From: Octopus sinensis
Taxonomy: Eukaryota
Length of the DNA: 64,000 nucleotides
Reading direction: 5' to 3'
Assembly: GCF_006345805.1 (NCBI RefSeq)
Contig: NC_043014.1
Location: forward strand, 45,570,001 to 45,634,000
The notes under the pieces: model-generated
The model's database searches: none
What the model was told of the DNA's origin: nothing
The model's input: only the letters and a program-made list of their open reading frames with translations
Position numbers and translations under genes: made by a program
Shown: positions 51,547 through 64,000 of the stretch, one piece after another
Layout: the number at the start of each line of letters is the position of its first letter
Numbering within the stretch: the first letter of the stretch is position 1

Positions 51547-51581
<35 letters not shown>

Positions 51582-51640
51582 GTGTGTGTGTGTATATATA
51601 TGTATGTGTGTGTATATATATATGTATGTGTGTGTGTGTG

Positions 51641-51679
<39 letters not shown>

Positions 51680-51687
51680 AAATAAAG

Positions 51688-51755
<68 letters not shown>

Positions 51756-51899
51756 GTATGTGTGTGTGTGTGTATATATATATATATGTGTGTGTGGTAT
51801 ATATATGTATGTGTGTGTATATATATATGTATGTGTGTGTGTGTGTATATATAATATATGTGTGTGTGTGTGTGTGTGTGTGTAAATAAAGTATATATA

Positions 51900-51932
<33 letters not shown>

Positions 51933-51944
51933 GTATGTGTGTGG

Positions 51945-51978
<34 letters not shown>

Positions 51979-51994
51979 TATATGTGTGTGTGTG

Positions 51995-52055
<61 letters not shown>

Positions 52056-52062
52056 ATATATA
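51425..52062. repeat. Compound TA/TG microsatellite
   Basis: Direct reading. Confidence 0.97.
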
Positions 52063-52325
52063 GTTGTCATCGTCACCATTGTTTAACATCCCTATTTCCA
52101 TGCTGGTATGGGCTGGATGGTTCGAGAGGAACCCATGAGCCAAGAGGGTTGTACCAGGCTAATGTATGTGTGTGTGCACAGATGTGTGCATGTATACACC
52201 ACAAACACACACAAACTAAATAATATCAGCATTAGTTGCTTACTTCATTCTCTTCAGAAACAATTTAGAACACGCTTGCTTCATTTTTCTGAAAGCAATT
52301 GGCTTGTCCTCTCTACTATGCCATG

Positions 52326-52363
<38 letters not shown>

Positions 52364-53664
52364 TTAATAATAAAAGGTGAAATTAATTAATAATAGGGAT
52401 AATTATCAATTACACCAAGTAGATTTCAGCATGTAAAAGCCCCATTCGAGGAAAATTTAAGTAATACTAAGTAATTAAGGGTTTAGCAACGAATTGCCTC
52501 ACCAACACACCGAATTTAGAAATAGCAGTCAAAGGAATAGCTAGATCCCCCTTTTAGTAGAAGGAATAGCTATATCTCTTTGACTGCTATTTCTAAATTC
52601 GGTATATATATATATATATATATATGCATGCACATGTGTGTGTCTGTGTGTACAAACATGTGAGAGTATGTATATATCATCATTGTCATCTATAACTATG
52701 TGTATATGTGTGTGCTCATACACACACACTTATACACAAAGAACTCAGCAACTCGTATTAAGTTACCAAAACAAAAATTCTTCTTTGCCAAAAGAATACG
52801 TTAGTACTGTAAACTGTAATGTCTATTGGTATTGAATGTAAAGAAGAATTCGTGTAGAGCTTCTCTGCCATTTATTACTCAGATGAATGAGAACAAATGT
52901 AATATACCAAGGGGGCACAGCATTACTGAATAGGGAATTGTGGGTGAATGGATGAGAGAAGGGGTAGTGGCTTTCATAATCAATTCTACAGATTAATTAA
53001 TTAACTTTATAAACTAGAAAAAGAAGAAAAAAAAAAGAAATTTGAAAGAAACTGAATAAAAAAAAAATATTAAAAAAAATATCTAAAATGTTGATTAAAT
53101 ATCCATGATTTTTTTCTTTCTTTTTCTTGAAGTAGTTACTAATATAATAAAGCTTCTTCAAGAAAACTATTGTTTTGAAACAAAAATAAGATTCTTGATC
53201 TAACTACGTAGATGACATGAATTGGTAGGGTGGGAGAAATTCTAATATATTTTTTTCGGGGTACAAGACCAAATCCTACAAAGGTGTAGTCAAATATACT
53301 GCATATACTTTATACACACTTTTCGACAAGTTGTGGTGCACCTGAGCACTGTATACAATAATTTCATTATTATATTATTATTATTATTATTATTATAACC
53401 CCAGTATATTATCATTATTGATTTTATTAATTCACTTCGCTAAGTTTTATAACTTATATATTGATTTCAAATTTTAGTACAAGGACAGTAAGTCGAGTAC
53501 ATCGACCCCAGTGCTCAACTGGTACTTATTTTACTGTCCTTGAAAAGGTGAAAGGCAAAGTCGACCATGACAGAATTTGAACTCAGAACGTAAAGACAGA
53601 TGAGATGCCACGAAGCATTTTGCCCAGCGTGCTAATGATTCAGCCAACTTGCCACCCTCTTTTC

Positions 53665-54038
53665 TCTCTTTTACTAGTTTCAGTCATTTGACTGTGGCCA
53701 TGCTGGAGCACCGCCTTTAGTTGAGGAAATCGACCCCAGGACTTATTCTTTGTAAGCTTAGTACTTATTCTATCGGTCTCTTCAAACACACCAGCATCGG
53801 TTGTCAAGCGATGTTGGGGGGACAAACACAGACACACAAACATACACACACACATATACATACATACATATATGACGGGCTTCTTCCAGTTTTCGTCTAC
53901 CAAATCCACTCACAAGGCTTTGGTCGGCCCGAGGCTAAAGTAGAAGACACTTGCCCAAGGTGTCACGCAGTGGGACTGAACCCAGAACCATGTGGTGGGT
54001 AAGGAAGCTACTTACCACACAGCCACTCCTGCGCCTAT
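53665..54038 (-). mobile_element. SINE family A
   Basis: Colinear, internal deletion. Confidence 0.85.
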
Positions 54039-54864
54039 GTGATTTGTATATTAATATGATATGCTAGCATGGAAAGCGGACGTTAAACGATGATGATGAT
54101 GATGATTCAAACAGCTCTATCTGACTAGCTCCACTACTCCCGAGAAGACAAAGAAAACAAAAGAGAAACTCAACTAACAAACAAACATTGTTATATTGAT
54201 TCTAAATTAAGAAATTATGTGGGAACAAAACCAAATTGTATTTTAATTGTCATCAATCTAAGCGATTCTTTTCTCAGAACTGAAATTGCAAAAGGTAATT
54301 TAATTTGCCAGTTAGGCTGGGTGGATTAACAAGAAGGGTATACTTGTACAATATAAACTAACAGAGCAGTGTGTGTGTATCTATATATATATATATAGGA
54401 AAGGAGGGAACGTTCAGGTAACCAATGAAAATTGATCTCACATTGCTCTAAGATACAAAAACAAGAAAAAAAAAAAAAAACTTTTTTCAGTAACTCAAAA
54501 CTAGTTCCATGTGGTGGTAAAAAAAAACCCAAAAAAAAAACTCTGCAGAAATATAGAGACAAAAGAGAAAAAAAGTTTTAAAAATTAAGAGCTAATTAAA
54601 TCCAGTCAAATTAACCATTGTAATTATAAACAATCTAATTAGTAACTAATAGTAATAGGCAGGCAAAGAAGTAAACACCAGCTGAAAAGAAACAACCAAT
54701 TAGTAAAATAAATTCTAATTAATTAGGTAGATTTTTCTTTTGTTTAAATTCAGTCATTATTAGTTTGTCTCAAATGTAACAGACACCACACAAAGAATAT
54801 ATAAAGATTTTCTATTCACTTTCCAAAACACAAGAATGAACATTGTGAGGTTATGAAACACTCT

Positions 54865-56205
54865 ACTGGCATTCCATCGGTTAGAACAATTAGAATTCCA
54901 GTCGATCCAATCAACGGAACAGCCTGCTCATGAAATTCATGTGCGAGTGACTGAGTACTCCACAGACATATGTACCTTTAACCCTTTTGATACCATCCTG
55001 GCTGAAACAGCCTCTGGCTCTCTAATACAAATGTCTTGTTTTCAAAAGTTCTGAATTTAAAATCTTCCACCAAACCTTAAGTCACAAAATTTCTGTTCCT
55101 AACATTAGCTTAATGATAACTAAGTTATTTTACTAAATTCTTTGTTATATTTAAAGTAATTGAAAGAAACACAGAGCATCTCAACAGAAATATGGTAACA
55201 AAAGGGTTAAATTATATTGGAACCTTGGCTCTATTATATGAAACATCTCCTTTTGATACCAACTAGCCTAAAACCACTTCTGGCTCTGTTGTACAAATGT
55301 CTTGTTTTCATAAGTTTTGAATTAAAATCTTCCACCAAACCTTAGTCACAATTTATGTTCTTAACACTAGCTTAATGATAACTAAGTTATTTTACTAAAT
55401 TCTTTGTTATATTTGAAGTAATTGAAAGAAACACAGAGCATCTCAAAATAATACAGTAATGAAAGGGTTAAAATATTCAATAGAGAAACAATTCTTAACC
55501 CTTTTAATACCAAACCCAGCTGAAACCACTTCTGGCTCTGTTGTACAAATGTCTTATTTTCATAAGTTCTAAATTAAAATCTTCCACCAAACCTTAGTCA
55601 CAATTTATGTTCCTAACACTAGCAGAATAATAACTAAGTTATTTTACTAAATTCTTTGTTATATTTAAAATAAATTGAAAGAAACACAGAGCATCTCAAA
55701 ATAAATACGGTAATGAAAAGGTTAAAATATACAATAGAGAAACAATTCTTAACCCTTTTAATACCAACCCAGCTGAAACCACCTCTGGCTCTGTTGTACA
55801 AATGTCTTGTTTTCATAAGTTCTGAATTAAAATCTTCCACCAAACCTTAAGTCACAATTTATGTTCCTAACACCAGCTTAACGATAACTAAGTTATTTTA
55901 CTAAAGTCTTTGTTATATTTAAAATTAATTGAAAGAAACACAGAGCATCTCAACAGAAGTATGGTAGCAAAAGAGTTAATGTAGTTCTCAGAGCTATTCA
56001 GTGTGACATGGAATGTGATGTGACAGGGCTCTGACCCTTTTGAAATACAAGTAAATTCGTTTTTGCCAGTTGAATGTACTGAAGCAATGTGAAATAAAGC
56101 AAAGTGTTTTTGTTCAAGGGCAAAAGGCACAACCAGAAATTGAACTCACGACCTTACCATCATAAGCTGATTACCCTAACCACTAAACCATGCATCTTCA
56201 CTAGG
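54865..56205 (-). mobile_element. Degenerate SINE family D split at its TTAA by a MITE array
   Basis: ctccacagacatatgtacc-ttaa resumes as ttaa-tgtagttctc at 55976. Confidence 0.7.
54978..55979. mobile_element. Array of four piggyBac-like MITEs (about 225 bp each)
   Basis: TTAA-CCCTTT...AAAGGG-TTAA ends; copies at about 54978-55210, 55249-55471, 55495-55725, 55749-55979; partial inverted copy at about 32847-32975. Confidence 0.85.
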
Positions 56206-56872
56206 AAACAATCTAACACCCATTGAGCTGCACTTGCCCTACTCATGGTACCTATTTACAATAAGGTCGAGTGAGCCATTGAGAGCTGCATCATTTGACC
56301 GATAGAGTAACAGGGTATGAATTATTGACTGATCTTTAAGTACTATAGCCAGATACCCCACTGAGTCTGCTAGCTACGATTCTCGCAATTATTAGATATC
56401 ATCTCATAATTTTACGTCTGTTTTTCCATGCTGGCATGGGTTGGGTGGATCTCACCGTATCTCACTCCATCTTGTGGTTTTTCACTGCACAGTAACAGTA
56501 AAAAAACCCTGTCGACCTTATGAACCATCAATGGAGCCTGTAGTGGTCACCTGACCTGCTAAAAATAGCAACTGAATCTCCCCCAGCTCACACTATCTTT
56601 AAACAAAAACAGAAGGCTACTTCGGATGATGCGGCCCTAGATACATCGTGTCTGAAAAAACAAAATGAGATGGAATGGATGATCATGGTTGTAATGGCTA
56701 TTGATCATAGGTCTTACTGATCAGAGAAGACCTGGGATTAAAGACAGGTCTATTTGATTGAAGCTGACCTGTAACTAAACAACAACAAATGTCAATCTTT
56801 GTTGCTTGTGGAGTCTCTGCCTTTTCTGGTCCTTCTTTCCTATAAAACATAATCAAGGAGTCTCTAAGTGGA

Positions 56873-57915
56873 TGCTTGATCTGCAAAAAATAGCAACCAA
56901 ATCTCCCTCAAATAATACTCTGATGGTCTGTTCAAAAATAGAAAAAATAAATGAAGAACCCATTGCATAATATAGCCTTAGATACACTATGCTTGAAAAA
57001 CTAAAATAAAGATTATTTCTGGTTTAGGTCTACTCAATCAGGGATGAACTAGGGCTGAGGAGCCGCTAAATGGTTGCTTGGTCTGCTAAAAATAGCAACT
57101 AAATCTCCCTCAAATCATATTCTGATAGTTTGTTCAAAAATAGAAAAAAAAATGAAGAACCCATTGCATAGTATAGCCTTAGATACACTATGCTTGAAAA
57201 ACTAAAATAAAGATTATTTCTGGTTTAGGTCTACTCAATCAGGGATGAACTAGGGCTGAGGAGCCTCTATATGGTTGCTTGATCTGCAGAAAATAGCAAC
57301 CAAACCTCCTTCAAATTATACTTTGATGCTTTTTTCAAAAATAGAAAAGAAAATGAAGAACCCATTGCATAATATAGCCTTAGATACACTATGCCTGAAA
57401 AACTAAAATAAAGATTATTTCGGGTTTAGGTCTACTCAATCAGGTATGATCTAGGGCTGAGGAGCCGCTAAATGGTTGCTTGGTCTGCTAAAAATAGCAA
57501 CTAAATCTCCCTCAAATCATATTCTGATAGTTTGTTCAAAAATAGAAAAAAAAATGAAGAACCCATTGCATAGTATAGCCTTAGATACACTATGCTTGAA
57601 AAACTAAAATAAAGATTATTTCTGGTTTAGGTCTACTCAATCAGGGATGAACTAGGGCTGAGGAGCCTCTATATGGTTGCTTGATCTGCAGAAAATAGCA
57701 ACCAAACCTCCTTCAAATTATACTTTGATGCTTTGTTCAAAAATAGAAAAGAAAATGAAGAACCCATTGCATAATATAGCCTTAGATACACTATGCCTGA
57801 AAAACTAAAATAAAGATTATTTCGGGTTTAGGTCTACTCAATCAGGGATGATCTAGGGCTGAGGAACCTCTAAATGGTTGCTTGATCTGCTAAAAATAGT
57901 AACCAAATCTCCCTC
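56873..57915 (+). repeat. 201-bp satellite, five units plus a partial, derived from family G
   Basis: Unit starts at 56873, 57075, 57276, 57477, 57678, 57879. Confidence 0.92.
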
Positions 57916-59244
57916 AAATTATACTCTACCACTTTATAAAAAAACTCAAACAGAATGGAAACAAAGGACACATTGGATAATCTAATCTTAAATATACAAA
58001 ATGCTTGAAAAGAAAAAAAAAATAATAGAAATAATGATTATTGTTGGAATCGGTTTGTCTACTCAGTTGGGGCTAACCTAGGGCTAAACCACAAAAACAA
58101 GAGAAAAAAAGCGAGAAAAGACTTACTTTTAAAACCAGTAATCAACTTTTTCTCATTGATATGCATGATGGAACTTTTTTTTGTTTTACAGATTATCAGT
58201 CAGTTTGTATAAAACTAAGAAAAACTTTCTCCTTGTTGAATATTGTTTTTTTTTGTTTTGTTTTGTTTTTAAAAGAATAACAAAACAGAATGATCACCGT
58301 TTTAAAAAATATCTGCACAGTTCCAGTGTGGCACAAAATGGCACTAAATTTTACCAAAACTTTTTTTTTTTTTCTCCCCTGGAAATAGGGCTTGTATTTT
58401 TGCAAAAAATCAGTCACAGGAAGAATTAATATTCCATTCCAAGTTGAATGAATATTCAAAAGGACAAAGTAATGAAAGAAAAAAAAAATCTTTTTGTTTT
58501 TTTTTTTTAAAGAAAAAAAATTCTCTCAATAAAACCAAAAGAAATGGTTTGCGAAGAATAAACAAACCACTTCAGGTTTTCTCAGAACGACAGAAAAAAC
58601 AAATCGAAGAACACAGGCAGGTAGATTGGTAAATAAACCAAGAGATTTTTCAAAGTCCGTAAGAATAACAACAAAACTAAAAAAAAAATTATTATAGTAA
58701 GATACCAAAATAAGTAACGTAACACTGTTGTAAAGGTAAGAACTGTTTTGGAAAAACCAGAGAGGATGATAAAAGAGATGATTCGAAACCGTGCCAAATT
58801 CTCTTTTGTTTGTTGTTGAGTGAAAGCTTCTGTGGTCTCTCTGTTACAGAGTTACACCTAGGCAGAAATACACCTTTTACTGAACTTGTGATTATTCACC
58901 GTGGTGGTTTAATAAGAAGCCTTCTCTCGTCTCCGCCTCCCTTCCTCTCTTTCATTGCTGTATTCTCTGTCTACATTCTTCTCTCTCTCTCGCTCTTTCT
59001 TTCTTTCTTTCTCTCTCTCTTTCTGTTTACAGTCCTCTATCCTCGCAGCAACTAGTGTCTATCAGCAGCTTCAATCAATCAATGTGTAGTTCTATCTGTT
59101 ATGCGTGCACACATGCACACGACCACTCAGACTACTATGGCTTGGCTGAGAGAGAAAGAGAGACGGAGAGAGAGACAGAGAGAGAGGAGAGGGGAGATAT
59201 GAGGGAAGCAGGGTTGGAGGAAAGGAGGAGAGAGTGGGTGGAAG

Positions 59245-59600
59245 AAAAGTGAAAGTAGAAAAGAGAAAGAGAGAGAGAGAGAGGGAAAGAGACAAGTGGA
59301 AAGAGAAGAAACCAGAGAATGGAGAGATGAAGGCTAAGACAGAGGGAGATAGAGAGGAGGAAAAAGAGCAACACAGAGGGGAATAAGGGAGATATGAGAG
59401 AGAGGGGAGAGATGAGGGAACCAAAGGAGGAGAGAGGGGGAAAAAAAGAAAAGTGAAAGTAGAAAAGAGAGAGAGAGAAAGAGAGAGAGGGAAAGAGACA
59501 AGTGGAAAGAAAGAAACCAGAGAATGGAGATAGAGGGAGATAGAGAGGAAGAAAAAGAGCAACACAGAGGGGAACAAGGGAGATATAGAGAAAGATAGAT
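59245..59600. repeat. About 204-bp GA-rich tandem duplication
   Basis: aaagtgaaagtagaaaagag...gagcaacacagagggg occurs twice. Confidence 0.8.
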
Positions 59601-59989
59601 AGATAGAGAGAGAGAGAGAGGGAAGAACTGTAATTTTTTTTTTTCATTCATTGTGGTTGTACATCAGTGGCAGAGTTCATGGTCAGCAGCGGGGGTGTTC
59701 AGGTAGTTACATTCAACAATATAATCAATAATGACAGTTAATAAGAAAATGTCCCAACAACAACAACAACAAGTGTCACAAGAAAACTGGTAGACTTGAC
59801 AATGTAGACAAAGAGACAGAGAAAGTGAGAGGGGGAGACATGGTTGACACATTGGAAAATGGAGGAAGACAGAGACACAGTTACAGGTGGACAGGAGTTG
59901 AGGGACGTGTTTATAAATGGACAGGGACAGAGCCAGCTATAAAGGCAGACACACACACAAAAAAAACACATAGGAATGTTCAGAAATGG

Positions 59990-60175
59990 ACAGAGACACC
60001 GTGGAGATGTTGTAGGTGGACGTAGACACCTGCTTCTAAGATGACACAGAAAGGGAGAGACTCGTGCTCATAAGTGGACAGAGACACCATGGAGATGTTG
60101 TAGGTGGACGTAGACACCTGCTTGTAAGATGACACCAGAAAGGGAGAGACACGTGCTCATAAGTGGACAGAGACA
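59990..60175. repeat. About 88-bp tandem duplication
   Basis: gacagagacacc(g/a)tggagatgttgtaggtggacgtagacacc... occurs twice. Confidence 0.85.
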
Positions 60176-61085
60176 CACAGAGGTTTTGATCATGAGGTGG
60201 AAGGGGACACACACATGGAGGAATGGTCGTAAGGTGGACAAGGCACACATGGGAATGATCACAAGTGGACACACGGACACACACACACATAGATGGGGAC
60301 ATATATACATCTATTAGGTGTAGCCATGGTGTAATTAATTACATGTAAGTGCCACGAACCACGCAGTCAAGCACAGGTAACTGCGCACACGCAGACATAC
60401 GCATGCATGCACATACCAATGCACCGTGCATACACAAAGAAAGAAATCAATATCTGTGTAAGTGGATGCAACGCACAGACTGGAATGTATGCAATCCATA
60501 CCTACAACACACACGTACACAGCCATGAGAATACGCACGCACGCACACAAACACACACGCATTCCTTAGAACATACGCAAACGCATACATCAAAGCATAG
60601 AAATCCATTTTTGTTTAAATGAATATAAAACACAAACAGACAGACTCGCATACAATTTGTGTGTGTGTGTGTGTGTGTGAATGCGTGTGCGTGCAAGCAC
60701 GTGCACAGTGTCTTATTGAATGCGCAGGTGTACATGTATACACGTAGACATGTAGTGATGCCTCGGTTTCAGGTGTGCTGATAAGAGGCAGATGATGAGA
60801 GATGAAACGTAAACAATTTCGGATTTCATTCGAATGGTATTGGCGAAATGACAATACCTCATCCTCCTCCTCCTCCTCATCATCACATGACAGACAATAC
60901 ATCACATCTGCATGAGGGAGACGGAGAGAAAGAGAAGGTGAAAAACAGAGCGAGTGTGTGTGAGAGAAGGAGGGAGAAAGAGAGATAATCCCATCACTTC
61001 AGTATGAGACAAAGAGAGAGTTGTTACATCACTCTTGCACGAGATGGAGTGAGACATCACATCAGTCTTTCAGAAGACGGTGAGA

Positions 61086-61116
<31 letters not shown>

Positions 61117-62043
61117 CATCACTCCTGCAAGTGACAGAGCGATGTCATCATTCCTTTGATACAAAGAGAGGGTGTCTTGTTGTCTTGTTATTCCTGCAAG
61201 ATACAGAGAAGAGATGCCCCGTCATTTCCGCAAGAGACAGAGTGAGACGTCAACATCAATCTTGCATGAGTGAGTGAGTGAGTGAGTGAGTGAGAGAGAC
61301 ATCATATCAATCATTCTTGCATATGTCATATCATTTCTGTACAAGAGACACAGATGTAGTTGACACCTAACCCCTACCTAAAAGAGAAAGAGATGCAATG
61401 CTGCTTCATCATATATGCGAGGCAGAGATAGGAACAGAGAAAGAGAGAAGGGGCAATATATCACTCTGGCGCGGGTCAGAGAGAACTATCATGTCAACCT
61501 CAAGGGAAGGGATTAGAGTCAAGAGTAAAAACATTAAGAGGTGAGAATAGAAATAATGCTTAACGTGTTCAAGACAAGAGATGTCACTTGCTGTATGAGT
61601 GATAAACACACTAATTATACATATTGGCTTCAAATTTTGGCACAAGGCCAGCAATTTCGTAGGAGGGCTCTAGTCGGTTGCTTCAACCTCAGTACTCAAC
61701 TGGTAATTTGTTTTATCAACCCTTAGAGGATGAAAGGCAAAGTTGACCCCAACAACAACAGAATTTGAATTCATGACAGAAGGTCAAAAGAAATGTTACC
61801 ACTTAGCATTTTGTCCAGAATAGTAACGGTTCTTTTCTACTCTAGGCACAAGGCGCAAAGTTTTTGAGGAAGGGGGCCAGTTGATTAGATTGACCCCAGT
61901 ATACAACTGGTACTTAATTTATCAACACTGAAAGGATGAATGGTAAAGACAACCTCGGTGGAATTTGAACTCAGAAAGTAAAGACAGATGAAATACTGCT
62001 AAGCATTTTTGCCCAGCGTGCCAGCTTGCCAACTTACTATGCT

Positions 62044-62088
<45 letters not shown>

Positions 62089-62647
62089 GTATATACACAC
62101 ACACGTATATACGCACACGTATATACACACACGTATATACACACACACATATATAAATATATATATATATATATATTACGGAGATGTACTTGCATAGCGA
62201 GTGACTTGATCTGAGATCGTGTGCTGGAACGAAAACAATTGCAGCGTGGAAGGTGTTTATAAGCCATTTAAGAAACGCACAAAACCGTTAGATTCACTTC
62301 AACATTTAAATTTAATTTGTCGTGTGTAATTTACGTGTGTGTGCATACTATGTAAGGATAAGAAGATAGCAAATAAATATAAAATATTAGTTACGGACCC
62401 CCAAGTCCGTAGAACCACCAAATCAACACTAAGTTCTCCTCCACACACACAAAAAAAGAGAAAACTAGATAAATAAATCAAGGTGGCTGACCAAAACCTT
62501 GTGAGTGGATCTCGGAGATGGAAACTGAACAAAGCCTATTGTGTGTGTGTGGGGGGGGGGCTGTATATGCATGTGTGTGGTTGTCCCCAACTCAGCTTGA
62601 CAACCAGTGTTGGTTTGTTTACATCCCTATAATTTAATGGTTCGGTA

Positions 62648-63056
62648 GGCGTAGGAGTGGCTGTGTGGTAAGTAGCTTGCTTACGAACCACATGGTTCTG
62701 GGTTCAGTCCCACTGCGTGGCACCTTGGGCAAGTGTCTTCTACTATAGCCCCAGGCCGACCAAAGCCTTGCGAGTGAATTTGGTAGACGGAAACTGAAAG
62801 AAGCCTGTCGTATATATGTATATATATGTGTGTGTGTATATGTTTGTGTCTATGTTTGTCCCCCAAAATCGCTTGACAACCGATGCTGGTGTGTTTACGT
62901 CGCCGTAACTTAGCAGTTCGGAAAAAGAGACCGATAGAATAAGTACTGGGCTTACAAAGAATAAGTCCTGGGGTTGATTTGCTCGACTAAAGGCGTTGCT
63001 CCAGCATGGCCACAGTCAAATGACTGAAACAAGTAAAAAGAGTAAAAGCGAGTAAA
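62648..63056 (+). mobile_element. SINE family A
   Basis: Full length. Confidence 0.9.
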
Positions 63057-63509
63057 GAGGTGAAAAGAAACCGACAGAAAAGTATCTGGCTTATAAAAAA
63101 ACAAAATAAAGGTACGGGGGTCTAAATCATTTGACTAACAGCACTTCAGAGCAGTGCCCCAGTATGGCCGCAGTCTAATGACTGAAAACGAGTAAAAGAT
63201 ACAAGATACAGAATTTATCAAATTCGTGACATTCTACTCACAGATGTTACTGCCATATTTTATGCTAACGATTCCTCTCTTTTCTCTCTCGAACAAACAC
63301 ATTCGGTGCCCTCCCCCCCACCTCCTAGGCACCCTCCCCCCTCCCCCCGGGCTCCACACATGCAGAGAGATTTTTATGAAGAACACAAAACTGGCTGATA
63401 GTCATACAGAATTGTCTTCTGCAATTAACCAAAGAGTTGTTTAAAACATACTTTCCTTGGTTCTTTGCCAAGATGATGGATGATGGATGATGCCGAGAGA
63501 GAGAGAGAC

Positions 63510-63559
<50 letters not shown>

Positions 63560-63877
63560 GAGTAGGTACCACAAAGCAGATATTTCTGACATGGTCAACA
63601 GCTCGCTACTTGATGATGATGATGATCATCATCATCATCATGATTGTCAGCATACCTATTTAGTGTGATGTTTTTCACCAAGTTATCAGAATTGTTCATG
63701 TGGCTGGATCTACCCACACCATCAAATCTTACTTCATATTCTTCCAAAGAAAAAAATATATATATATATAAATCAAAATCAAGTGCAAATAAATCTCATG
63801 CCTTTAACTGTATGTAGAAAGAGTCCAACTTTGAGTTAAGTGAAAGCAATTATTGATAATCCAAAGATATATATTTC

Positions 63878-64000
63878 GTTACTGCCCACAAGGAGCTAAA
63901 CATAGAGGGGACAAACAAGGACAGACAAAGGGATTAAGTTGATTACATCGACCCCAGTGTGAAGCTGGTACTTTATTTAATGACCCCAAAAGGATGAAAG
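63878..64000 (-). mobile_element. SINE family B 3' part, runs off window
   Basis: Matches B tail. Confidence 0.8.

Noticed and set aside
381-63056. SINE family A orientation skew (roughly 16 minus to 7 plus by my count)
   Set aside because: Too few copies to separate from chance, and degenerate copies were counted by eye

Overview
AT-rich eukaryotic DNA, mostly repeats; the SINE families and dense (TA)n/(TG)n microsatellites look like an octopod (Octopus-type) genome, which is my recognition and not a database result. No prokaryotic features are present, and nearly all ORF-track entries are artefacts of microsatellites or SINEs. The window appears to be intronic sequence of a minus-strand gene for a single-pass membrane protein. 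I can support a transmembrane exon (34737-34868) and a Tyr-rich cytoplasmic exon (2420-2578), joined in frame by two candidate micro-exons of 25 nt (23156-23180) and 23 nt (17563-17585). No convincing ectodomain exon was found in the 29 kb upstream of the TM exon. The introns hold at least four tRNA-type SINE families (my labels A-D), LINE-like 3' ends (labels E, G), CR1/RTE fragments, hAT, piggyBac-like and mariner MITEs, one complete non-autonomous Helitron and several satellites derived from these elements. The most notable observation is a set of short (TA)n-flanked, partly palindromic elements carrying minimal type I hammerhead ribozyme folds (21478, 28066, 40013, 43541, 44412), typical of Penelope-like pLTRs/retrozymes. 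Two of them form an 871-bp-period tandem, and all well-preserved ones are antisense to the host gene. Coordinates of degenerate repeats are approximate.
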